Positions 56,388 to 64,000 of a DNA stretch of 64,000 bases are shown in pieces; the first letter of the stretch is position 1, and each line of letters starts with the position of its first letter. The stretch lies in the NCBI GenBank assembly GCA_963664885.2, contig CAXXSB010000015.1, positions 169,427 to 233,426 of the forward strand, read 5' to 3'. A program made the position numbers and the translations under genes. The notes under the pieces are model-generated. The model was not told the DNA's origin, made no database searches, and worked only from the letters and a program-made list of their open reading frames with translations. The DNA comes from Sulfurimonadaceae bacterium. GTDB taxonomy: Bacteria > Campylobacterota > Campylobacteria > Campylobacterales > Sulfurimonadaceae.

Positions 56388-56934
56388 TATAACTGACAAC
56401 AATACTAGACCTATTTTTAATTGGAATAGTAATGTAAAAAGTGTACTTTATGAAAATGCAACATTCACCTTTTGGAATGAATTTAAATACTCTGATGCTC
56501 TGTGGTTTTTAGACTTATCAAAAGGGTATGATGAACAGAAACACGAGGTATATGAGCTTATTGATATATCAATTAAATTAATTCATGCCAATTCTAAAAG
56601 CAGTAGCAAGGTACTAGAACAACATTTGCAGACATTGAGAATTGGACTACTGAGCTATAGTAAGTTCTTATCCCCAAATACTAACCCCATTCTAACCAAA
56701 ATAATAGAAGAGTTTGAAGATGATAAATATTGGCTTGTATGGCTCACTTTATTTGAAATGGTAATGCAATCACCTGATAATTGGGCTTTCTCTTCTAATG
56801 AGGAACTAATTAATTTTTATAAAAATATTAGTTTAAAAAAGTCTTGGGCAAATGTCATAAAAGAAATCAATACACCAAGAAATGAATATTTAAGAGATTT
56901 ACTTAATACTTTTGTTCAAGAGTTATCTATTTGA
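56350..56934 (+). CDS. Hypothetical helical protein whose only ATG lies inside the IS right end
   Basis: The frame is open from 56320. No ATG/GTG/TTG start exists downstream of the IS boundary (56387) for well over 100 codons. No family recognised. Confidence 0.4.
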   Translation: MNSQNPVLTFGGSITDNNTRPIFNWNSNVKSVLYENATFTFWNEFKYSDALWFLDLSKGYDEQKHEVYELIDISIKLIHANSKSSSKVLEQHLQTLRIGLLSYSKFLSPNTNPILTKIIEEFEDDKYWLVWLTLFEMVMQSPDNWAFSSNEELINFYKNISLKKSWANVIKEINTPRNEYLRDLLNTFVQELSI

Positions 56935-56964
56935 TAAAATCTATAACAAATCAGAGGAGTTAAT

Positions 56965-57324
56965 TTGAAAGACACCGTAGTCATTTTTATTATAATTGTT
57001 GGGGTTGCGAATATAGCATTAAATATTTTTATCAGCAAAGCAGCGACTTTACACACATCTTATTTCGAAGCAATGAAATCAACTACATTTATGATTGCAT
57101 TTCTTATTGGAACTTTTTCTATTTTATCTATGCTTTACTTATATTACAGCAAGGTAGACTTAGGCAGAGCAATATTGTTGATGGGGGCTACTTCAATAAT
57201 AGGCGGAAGCTTATACGGTATCTTATTTCATGGTAATAAATTCGATTGGGCGGAAATTGTAATTTTAGTGTTTATTGGTAGTCTATATTCTTACCGTCTT
57301 TTTATCAAACCGTACTTTTCATAA
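56965..57324 (+). CDS. Small 4-TM membrane protein, SMR/EamA-half-like
   Basis: Four hydrophobic segments in 119 aa. TTG start with GAGGAG 5 nt upstream. Confidence 0.6.
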   Translation: MKDTVVIFIIIVGVANIALNIFISKAATLHTSYFEAMKSTTFMIAFLIGTFSILSMLYLYYSKVDLGRAILLMGATSIIGGSLYGILFHGNKFDWAEIVILVFIGSLYSYRLFIKPYFS

Positions 57325-57408
57325 TTACAAAGCAAATAAACATCCTTTGGAACACCGCACACCAATATGAAAAAATAGTTATATAAAAACCACAGGAGAC
57401 CAATTAAA

Positions 57409-57449
57409 AACCCTCGGGCAGCTTTTTGATTGGTCATTTTAAACGTTAT
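57409..57449. repeat. About 40-nt repeat, copy 1 (accctcgggcagctttttgattggtcattttaaacgttat)
   Basis: Second copy at 58424-58461. Each lies just downstream of an island gene and upstream of the next one. Confidence 0.6.
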
Positions 57450-57470
57450 ACAAATTAAAAGGAACTTTAT

Positions 57471-58391
57471 TTGAAACAAGAAAAACTTTATCCATATACA
57501 TTGTTTATTGATATTTTAGGGTATTCAGATAAAATAAAAAATATATCTAATAGTTGTGAATCTTCAGAAATCTTTGATTTATTAAATTATATAGAATTAT
57601 CTATAACTGACTACTTTAAATTAGCGAAAGACTCTAAATCTCATAAAGAGTACAACATGCACTATACATTTTTTTCCGATTGTATTGTTTTATCTTTTGT
57701 ACCCAAAGAAAATTTAACTATTTCCAATAATGAAATTATATACTTCAATGAGACTACTTTAGAGTTTATTTTTACTTGGATAATGAACATACAATTTATA
57801 TCTTTATTGAAAACAGGGTTTTTATTAAGAGGTGGTATTTCCATTAAAGATATATATTGGGATAAAAAGAACAGAGTTGTTGGACCAGCCTTAATTGAAG
57901 CATATAACTTAGAATCAAAAAAAGCCGACTGGCCTAGAATTGTTTTATCTGAAGATATTACTAAAGATAAAAAACTTGTCCATTTGCTTAATAGTATTTC
58001 TATGAATTCTGACTCCACATACTTACCTCACATCTTAATATATCAAGAAAGTAATGAGTCTGTTGGTTATTACAACTACATAGGTAGAATGTTGGCTAGA
58101 TTAAATCCTAATGTATTAAATGAAATTGATAAGAATATATTGCCACACCTTAGTGGAAATGTTATAAATATTAACAATAATCTAACTAAAGAGCAATATT
58201 TAGAAATTGCTGAAATGACCGACGCTTTTTTAGAACAGCATCAAAAAATAATTGAAAATAATTTACATAACAATGATAAAAAAATAAAAAATAAATATAT
58301 TAAATTGAAAAAATATCATAACAATGCTTTAGAGGATTTTGTAAAATACAATCATGAGTGGGCGATACTACTAGAACTACAGGTAACTTAA
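57471..58391 (+). CDS. Protein with an N-terminal nucleotidyl-cyclase (class III / GGDEF-like palm)-like region and a helical C-terminal extension
   Basis: The motif order is YTLFIDILGYSD (first Asp), FFSDCIVLSF (second Asp), LLRGGISIKDIYW, then VVGPALIEAYNLES..WPRIVLS. This mirrors FxDIxGFT ... GD ... RIGIHxG ... GxxVNxAARLE. TTG start with AAAGGA upstream. The ORF itself is solid, but the domain call is tentative. Confidence 0.5.
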   Translation: MKQEKLYPYTLFIDILGYSDKIKNISNSCESSEIFDLLNYIELSITDYFKLAKDSKSHKEYNMHYTFFSDCIVLSFVPKENLTISNNEIIYFNETTLEFIFTWIMNIQFISLLKTGFLLRGGISIKDIYWDKKNRVVGPALIEAYNLESKKADWPRIVLSEDITKDKKLVHLLNSISMNSDSTYLPHILIYQESNESVGYYNYIGRMLARLNPNVLNEIDKNILPHLSGNVININNNLTKEQYLEIAEMTDAFLEQHQKIIENNLHNNDKKIKNKYIKLKKYHNNALEDFVKYNHEWAILLELQVT

Positions 58392-58423
58392 ATATATAAC
58401 AAGTACGAAGAACGCAATAATTT

Positions 58424-58461
58424 ACCCTGCGGGCAATTCATTGGCTCATTTTAAACGTTAT
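58424..58461. repeat. About 40-nt repeat, copy 2 (accctgcgggcaattcattggctcattttaaacgttat)
   Basis: The 3' 22 nt match copy 1 with one mismatch. The 5' part keeps a ccc-N2/3-ggg mini-hairpin. Confidence 0.6.
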
Positions 58462-58525
58462 CTTAACAAATGAATTGACACTGTAATGTAATTACAATAT
58501 AATTACGTAATCGAAAGGAGTTCAT

Positions 58526-58786
58526 ATGGCATCTTTAATCAAAATCGGTAATTCGCAAGGTATCAGACTCCCCAAAGCGATCATAAAACAGGCACATCTT
58601 GAAAATGCAGAGTTGGAATTCGAAGTTCTTGAAAACGGCCTATTGATCAAACCGTCGAACAATGTCGGCAGAGAAGTCTGGAAAAAAAATATTCAAAATG
58701 TTATGATGGCCAATCAAGGCAAGGTCGATGAAGCACTTTTGGACGATATGCTAAACGACAGTGATCTGGATGATTACGAATGGTAG
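58526..58786 (+). CDS. mazE: MazE/AbrB (SpoVT-AbrB)-family antitoxin
   Basis: IKIGNSQGIRLPKAII swapped-hairpin motif and an acidic C-terminus. Confidence 0.8.
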   Translation: MASLIKIGNSQGIRLPKAIIKQAHLENAELEFEVLENGLLIKPSNNVGREVWKKNIQNVMMANQGKVDEALLDDMLNDSDLDDYEW

Positions 58787-59106
58787 TCGATATTCAAAGG
58801 TACGAAATTTACCTTGTGAAACTGAACCCGACAGTTGGATCTGAAATTCAGAAAACACGCCCCTGCATCGTCATCTCTCCCAATGAAATGAATGTCTTGA
58901 AAACCGTCATCGTAGCGCCTATGACCAGCAAAGGGTTTGACTTTATATTCAGACCTAAGATCAAATTTGAAAACAAAAATGGATTGGTGTTGCTAGACCA
59001 GATCAGAACCGTCGATAAGACAAGATTGATCAAAAAAATCGGCGATGTTGACGAACGCGTATCTAAAAATATTTCCGACATGCTGGTAAAAATGTTCGAA
59101 TACTAA
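58780..59106 (+). CDS. mazF: MazF/PemK-family endoribonuclease toxin
   Basis: YLVKLNPTVGSEIQKTRPCIVISP and LLDQIRTVDKTRL blocks. 7-nt overlap with mazE. Confidence 0.85.
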   Translation: MVVDIQRYEIYLVKLNPTVGSEIQKTRPCIVISPNEMNVLKTVIVAPMTSKGFDFIFRPKIKFENKNGLVLLDQIRTVDKTRLIKKIGDVDERVSKNISDMLVKMFEY

Positions 59107-59177
59107 GTAGAAGTGTGATGAGCGAAAGATTATCGCTATAGTTAAAGCGCAGCAACAAAAACTTATAGGAGCTTGGC

Positions 59178-59420
59178 ATGAATACTTCGATAACTAGAAT
59201 TGATTTTGGAGATAAAATTTATGTCTATCTCAAAAGCAACGATATCTTGACCCTTCCTTACAGCTATACAAAAAAAATTCAAAAAGCTACAAAAGAGCAG
59301 CTCCTTAACTACCGTCTTATCGGCGGTGGGGTCGGTGTTCATTTTGAAGATATAGACGAAGATATCTCACTCAGTGGCATTATTGCGTATAAAACTTCCC
59401 ATGAGCTTAGAGCTTCTTAG
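59178..59420 (+). CDS. DUF2442-family small protein
   Basis: GGGVGVHFEDIDEDISLSGI matches the DUF2442 signature (xWPxLDEDISVxGL). Confidence 0.7.
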   Translation: MNTSITRIDFGDKIYVYLKSNDILTLPYSYTKKIQKATKEQLLNYRLIGGGVGVHFEDIDEDISLSGIIAYKTSHELRAS

Positions 59421-59436
59421 CTGACATCTCTCTCTT

Positions 59437-59515
59437 GTCCCCACGGTCTCCATGGGGATGCATAGTAACCTAACAAGCAACATATATCTCTTCCAACGCA
59501 AAGCATTGGAACAAG
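59437..59515. repeat. Two variant REP elements
   Basis: gtccccacggtctccatggggatgcat (59437-59463) and cttccaacgcaaagcattggaacaagag (about 59489-59515). The architecture matches the RAYT-flanking REPs but the stem sequences are altered. Confidence 0.65.
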
Positions 59516-59649
59516 AGTGAAAAATCATTAAACTCTACATGCCATGAAGTTTGAGCGCACTTAGATAAAACTTCTCGTTGTTTATGCGTGGCATGTTGCT
59601 TCTTTGCATGGTGTCTATTATATAGTATTGCAAATAAAGGAGCTATGGC

Positions 59650-60313
59650 ATGAGAGTAGCAGTGGTTGGTTTAGGTGGCGTGGGAGGATATATCGCCGCA
59701 TCTTTGGCAAAAACAGAGCATGAAGTTGTAGGATTTGTTAGAGGCGCACACTTGGAGGCAATCCAAAAGAGTGGTTTGCAAATCATCGAAGATACAGCTT
59801 CATGGCATGTAAGCAGTTTAGGGAACATGTGCATAAAGATTCGATTGTAAAAAAGCAAGGTTTTTTCTGCTGTTTTTGGTGGAAAGAGCGATGCGACACA
59901 AACTTTGGCACAACTCTTTGATGCCGCTTCTTTGCGCTACAAAACCCCTGAAGATATACGCACGGCTGTCTGGAAAAAATACATTTTCATCTCTGCTTTT
60001 GCAACACTTACAAGTTACTACGACACTTCCATCGGAGCGATTTATGAAAAACATTTTGACGAGGCAAAAGTACTTTTACAAGAGATAGCAAATATTGCAT
60101 ATGCCATGAATATTGATATTTACGATGAGGTGGAAAAAGCCCTTGAGACGGCAAAAAATCTCCCCTATGATTCAAGTACTTCGATGCATCTCGATTTTAC
60201 GAACTACAAAGCCACAGAGCTTGAGTGGCACTATTGTTTCTAAAGGGTTAGAATATAGCGTTGATGTCTCTTTGATGCAGCAGTTCTACCAAGGGCTCAA
60301 ACAAAGAGGCTAA
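59650..60313 (+). pseudogene. Degenerate paralogue of 2-dehydropantoate 2-reductase (panE)
   Basis: Aligns with the intact copy at 62064..62939. It has an internal deletion of about 95 codons, an in-frame TAA at 59848-59850 and a frameshift near 60225. Confidence 0.8.
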
Positions 60314-60325
60314 AAGGAGGCAAAG

Positions 60326-61240
60326 ATGAAAATTTTATGGGTAGTAGTGGCACTTTTTTTGAGCTTGGCTGCCGAGCAAAATCCTTATGCAAATCTCAAG
60401 GAACTTAAACTCAACCCTCTGAGTGAAGATGAGGCACGTGTTATTTTACACAAAGGAACCGAGCGACCTTTTAGTGGAAAATACTATAAACATAAAGCCG
60501 ATGGTATGTATGTTTGCAAACAGTGCGGTGCACCTCTGTATGCTTCAGATACGAAGTTTGATAGCGGATGCGGCTGGCCGAGTTTTGATGATGCCCTGCC
60601 ACATGCCATCAAACGCACACTTGATGCCGATGGAAGACGCGTGGAGATCACCTGTGCAAAATGTGGTGCACATTTGGGACATGTCTTTGAGGGCGAAGGG
60701 TTTACAAAGAAAAATACCCGTTACTGCGTCAACTCCATCTCTTTGGATTTTGTGCCAAAAGAGAGTGTTGCCTACTTTGCAGGTGGATGTTTTTGGGGCG
60801 TGGAGTACTATTTTGAACAGCTCAAAGGTGTTTTACATGTTGAGTCTGGCTTTATGGGCGGGCATCTGAAAAATCCTTCGTATAAACAAGTAGTGCGTGG
60901 CGATACTGGACACTATGAAGTAGTTGCGGTCTATTATGACCCAAAGGTAGTTTCGTATGAAGCACTTGCAAAACTCTTTTTCGAGATTCACGATGCAACA
61001 CAAAAAAATGGGCAAGGACCTGACATTGGCGAGCGTTATCTTTCAGCTGTTTTTACTTCTGATACAAAAGAGCAAGAGATTGCCAAAAAACTCATAATAA
61101 TTTTGCAACAAAAAGGGCTGGATATCGCAACAAAAATCTATCCTGCTTCAGAGTTTTACAAAGCCGAAGAGTATCACCAAGATTATTATAAACGCCACAA
61201 TAAAAAGCCTTATTGCCATGCTTATAAGAAGTTGTTTTAA
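60326..61240 (+). CDS. msrAB: Exported bifunctional methionine sulfoxide reductase MsrB-MsrA
   Basis: Signal peptide, MsrB zinc CxxC pairs with catalytic RYCVNS, and MsrA GGCFWG. Confidence 0.9.
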   Translation: MKILWVVVALFLSLAAEQNPYANLKELKLNPLSEDEARVILHKGTERPFSGKYYKHKADGMYVCKQCGAPLYASDTKFDSGCGWPSFDDALPHAIKRTLDADGRRVEITCAKCGAHLGHVFEGEGFTKKNTRYCVNSISLDFVPKESVAYFAGGCFWGVEYYFEQLKGVLHVESGFMGGHLKNPSYKQVVRGDTGHYEVVAVYYDPKVVSYEALAKLFFEIHDATQKNGQGPDIGERYLSAVFTSDTKEQEIAKKLIIILQQKGLDIATKIYPASEFYKAEEYHQDYYKRHNKKPYCHAYKKLF

Positions 61241-61334
61241 GAGAAGGAGATTTTTAAAAGTGTTTGGTTGTGTTTTATAAAACGAAGTGTTGAACACTCA
61301 GGGATTCGAACCTTTTTAAAGGTTCCTTTGTTTT

Positions 61335-61946
61335 TCATTTCTCAAAAAATACGCTGATATCGTGCGGCAGGTACCCTTCTTGAAAGCGCACTTTTGTTAC
61401 TCCTATCTCTTTGGCTACCTGCTCGATCTTTTCTCGCATCATGTAGTTGTAGGTTTTGCTCTCTTTGGTGCCGTGAAGCACATTAAATACAAACCCTACT
61501 CTACATGCCATGAAACAGTTGCGTAAAAACAGCATGCTTTCAAACTCGGTGAGGATGTTGAGTGCGCCGCTGCAGACGTAAAAGTCGGCGCTGGGAAGGG
61601 TGTCGCGGCAGATGTCGGCGCAAAGGGCTTGGCATGCGGTGCGCTCTTGCGTAATGGCGCACATATTTGCAACCACATCGATGCCGAGGTAAGATTTTGG
61701 CGTCTTGGCATGTGTGCGTAAAAAAAGGTAAAGATCCCCGAATCCGCACCCCGCATCGGCGATGTCGTAGTTGTGCAGATCCTGCGGCAGCATCCCCAGA
61801 AGCACCTCGAACCTTTTTTGCTGCGAACGTTTTGAACTCCAATGCACCCCTTTGGCGCTGATGCCGTAGCGTTTGTAAGAGGCGGCGTAAAATGTTTCGT
61901 TGTCGATGCGTGCCATTACGTTCCTTTTTGAGTGTTCTTGCTTCAA
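61335..61946 (-). CDS. Class I SAM-dependent methyltransferase
   Basis: Motif I DAGCGFGDL. Confidence 0.75.
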   Translation of the reverse strand: MKQEHSKRNVMARIDNETFYAASYKRYGISAKGVHWSSKRSQQKRFEVLLGMLPQDLHNYDIADAGCGFGDLYLFLRTHAKTPKSYLGIDVVANMCAITQERTACQALCADICRDTLPSADFYVCSGALNILTEFESMLFLRNCFMACRVGFVFNVLHGTKESKTYNYMMREKIEQVAKEIGVTKVRFQEGYLPHDISVFFEK

Positions 61947-62063
61947 AGAAGCAAAGCTTTAGTCGCCATAGCGGCGCAAGCGTAGCTTAACGGACTTGTT
62001 CGTTAAGCGTTTTTGAATTAGTAACTCTATTATATAATACGCCAAAACATACGAGGATAAAAA

Positions 62064-62939
62064 ATGAGAATTGCAGTCGTGGGGCTCGGCGGGGTCGGGG
62101 GATATTTGGCGGCTTCTTTGGCATGCAGCACGCATGAGGTGGTGGGATTTGCCCGCGGTGCGCATCTGGAAGCGATACAAAAAAACGGCATCACCGTCGT
62201 AGAGGATACAAAAACATGGCATGCCACATGCCAAGCCCAAGAGCTAAAAAACCCGAGCGGGGTGTTCGATCTTGTGCTCTTTTGCGTCAAGGGGTACGAT
62301 CTGCTCCCTTCGCTTGAAGCCCTCCGACATGCCATAACGCCCGATACGATTCTGCTCAGCTTTGCAAACGGCATCGAGAACGGCGAACTCTTGCGTCAAA
62401 ATATACATGCCAAGGTTTTGGACGGGTGCGTGTATATCCTCTCCCATATCGAAAAAGCAGGCGTGATCCGTAAAAAAGGGGAGGTTTTTGCGGCGGTTTT
62501 CGGCGGTGACAAAGAGGCGACGCACAAGGTTGCCGAGCTTTTTAAAGAGGCTCACTTACGCTATAAGACTCCCGAAAACATCCAAGAAGCGATATGGAAA
62601 AAGTATATTTTTATCGCCGCTTTTGCGACCCTTACAAGCACCTACGACGCCCCGATAGGCGCGATCTACAAAGAGCACTACGATGAGGCAAAAGCACTTT
62701 TGGAGGAGATCGCCGCGGTGGCACATGCCAAGGGGATAGAGATAGCCGATGAGGTACAAAAAGCGCTCGATACCGCATCCAAAGTTCCCTATGATTCAAG
62801 CACTTCGATGCATCTCGATTTTCAAAACCATAAGCCCACGGAGGTCGAGACCCTCAGCGGCACTATCGTGCGCGAAGGGGTGAAATACGGCATCAAAACA
62901 CCGCTTATGCAGAAGTTTTACGAGAAACTTCGCGGGTAG
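62064..62939 (+). CDS. panE: 2-dehydropantoate 2-reductase (ketopantoate reductase)
   Basis: N-terminal VVGLGGVGG Rossmann motif and C-terminal SSTSMHLDF, EVETLSG blocks. Confidence 0.85.
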   Translation: MRIAVVGLGGVGGYLAASLACSTHEVVGFARGAHLEAIQKNGITVVEDTKTWHATCQAQELKNPSGVFDLVLFCVKGYDLLPSLEALRHAITPDTILLSFANGIENGELLRQNIHAKVLDGCVYILSHIEKAGVIRKKGEVFAAVFGGDKEATHKVAELFKEAHLRYKTPENIQEAIWKKYIFIAAFATLTSTYDAPIGAIYKEHYDEAKALLEEIAAVAHAKGIEIADEVQKALDTASKVPYDSSTSMHLDFQNHKPTEVETLSGTIVREGVKYGIKTPLMQKFYEKLRG

Positions 62940-64000
62940 CTTTGCGTATCTCCTCTTGCAATGTTTTGAGGGAACTCTCTTTTGTATCGCCCCCGTATTT
63001 AAGGGTGTGGTAGAGGCGGTTAAGCTCACTAAACGAGACCCCCGAGCCCTTTTCTGCACGCCTTAAAAAGTGCTCCATCGTTTCGCTCTCTTGCTTATGC
63101 AGCCCTCTTTTTTCCAAAACACGAAGCAGTTTTTTCATGGCATGTACAATAGGGTCGCCCTTTTTTGTGGTATGGATCATCCAAAAAATCAAAAGCGAGA
63201 GGGCGATCAAAGCCGCAAACGCACCCACAAACTGCAAAAGGTAAAGGGTGTCGCTGAGGAGATTTTTAAGGATCGCAACCTGTTTGAGACGGTTATAGTC
63301 CAAAACCCATTTGGTGATGAGGTACCTTACGTACATAAATTGGAGATTGACCTTTTCAAACATGGTTTTTTGCGCTCTTGCCGCCTCTTGGGTTTGCGGC
63401 ATGTCGAGATTTTTGATCGCCGTGGCGGTAGGTTCAAACCGCACCCATCCCTCTTTGCCCAGATACAGCTCCACCCATGCATGGGCATCGGCGCTTGTGA
63501 TGAGAAGATAGTTCTCGATGCGATTCTCTTTTGAGCCTTTAAACCCCGTGACGACCCGCGAAGGGATCCCCAAAAACCTTGCACTTTGCGCAAATGCCGA
63601 TGCGAAATGGACGCAGTAGCCGTTTTTTGCCTCAAAGAGAAACGAATCGAGGAAATTTTCAAAATCTATATTTTTGGGTTTGGTGGTGTAGGAGAGGTTT
63701 TGATCGGCAAAAAATTGTACGAGCATTGCCGCTTTTGTCGCAGGGTCTGCCTCTAATGCTTGCAAAGGAGCGAGGCGTGCGGCGGTTTGCGGGCTTTTTG
63801 CAAGATCAAACGCCGTGTTTTTTGAAACGTCGCTAGAGAGAAGCCGATAGGAGAGCACCGAGGTGAGCGTGTAGCGCTTTTTCTCGTATAAAGGGCGCTG
63901 GGAGGTGATGGTGTGGTCGTTTGCAAGGGTCGTTTTGAGCGGCGAGGCGGTGGGAAGATCGAGTGCATAGACCCAGTGTTTGGCATGGGGGTAGATGGTT
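62905..64000 (-). CDS. Transglutaminase-like (TgpA-type) membrane protein, 5' end outside the window
   Basis: GYCVHFASAF (Cys nucleophile) and AHAWVELY (His) core. The reading frame stays open to the window edge upstream of the GTG at 63858. Confidence 0.75.
   Translation of the reverse strand, partial: TIYPHAKHWVYALDLPTASPLKTTLANDHTITSQRPLYEKKRYTLTSVLSYRLLSSDVSKNTAFDLAKSPQTAARLAPLQALEADPATKAAMLVQFFADQNLSYTTKPKNIDFENFLDSFLFEAKNGYCVHFASAFAQSARFLGIPSRVVTGFKGSKENRIENYLLITSADAHAWVELYLGKEGWVRFEPTATAIKNLDMPQTQEAARAQKTMFEKVNLQFMYVRYLITKWVLDYNRLKQVAILKNLLSDTLYLLQFVGAFAALIALSLLIFWMIHTTKKGDPIVHAMKKLLRVLEKRGLHKQESETMEHFLRRAEKGSGVSFSELNRLYHTLKYGGDTKESSLKTLQEEIRKATREVSRKTSA

Noticed and set aside
57385-57450. 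Reading the roughly 40-nt repeats after the island genes as integron attC sites (gene cassettes).
   Set aside because: No integron integrase or attI is present in the window. The putative core GTTATAC/GTTATCT does not fit GTTRRRY, and no matching inverse core RYYYAAC is positioned correctly.
61290-61315. cagggattcgaacc: the reverse complement GGTTCGAATCCCTG looks like a tRNA T-arm / 3' end.
   Set aside because: The 5' half of the T-stem does not pair, and no acceptor, D or anticodon arms can be built. At best it is a tRNA 3' fragment (possible old att scar), not a tRNA gene.

Overview
This 64-kb chromosomal window has the gene content of a Campylobacterota (epsilonproteobacterial) genome. 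The lineage call is an inference from gene content only. Backbone genes include nifS-nifU, flavodoxin, Dps, a CetB-like PAS protein, a UbiA/MqnP-type prenyltransferase, bcp-dedA-murG-ftsW, miaA, gltX, accBC, a dCMP deaminase gene, asnB, tex and dbpA. There is also a large c-di-GMP/PAS/GAF signalling complement. Three accessory patches interrupt this backbone. (i) 0-5.3 kb holds a HepT toxin, a secreted DUF1566 / DUF1566-caspase / DUF4384-lipoprotein operon, a MazF-like TA pair and one unknown gene. (ii) 32.8-35.6 kb is a 2.8-kb insertion in the 3' end of a serine-hydrolase gene, flanked by a 35-nt perfect direct repeat. It carries a RAYT transposase with REPs, a very AT-rich DUF2971 gene and an in-frame-collapsed remnant of a large MmeI/YeeA-like methyltransferase gene. 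(iii) 53.4-59.6 kb holds MntA-HepT followed by a 5.1-kb AT-rich island. That island contains a TIGR02391-N-like gene hit by an IS3-family element, a start-less ORF, a small 4-TM protein, a 306-aa protein whose N-terminus looks like a nucleotidyl-cyclase palm domain, MazEF and a DUF2442 gene. The strongest sequence-level signals are as follows. The 8-mer ACATGCCA/TGGCATGT occurs about 70 times on both strands and in all reading frames, but is absent from the AT-rich islands and the IS. There are three families of small palindromic intergenic repeats. The cyclase-like + 4-TM pair is the best candidate for an undescribed conflict or defence module. All domain calls come from motif recognition by eye, and no searches were run.
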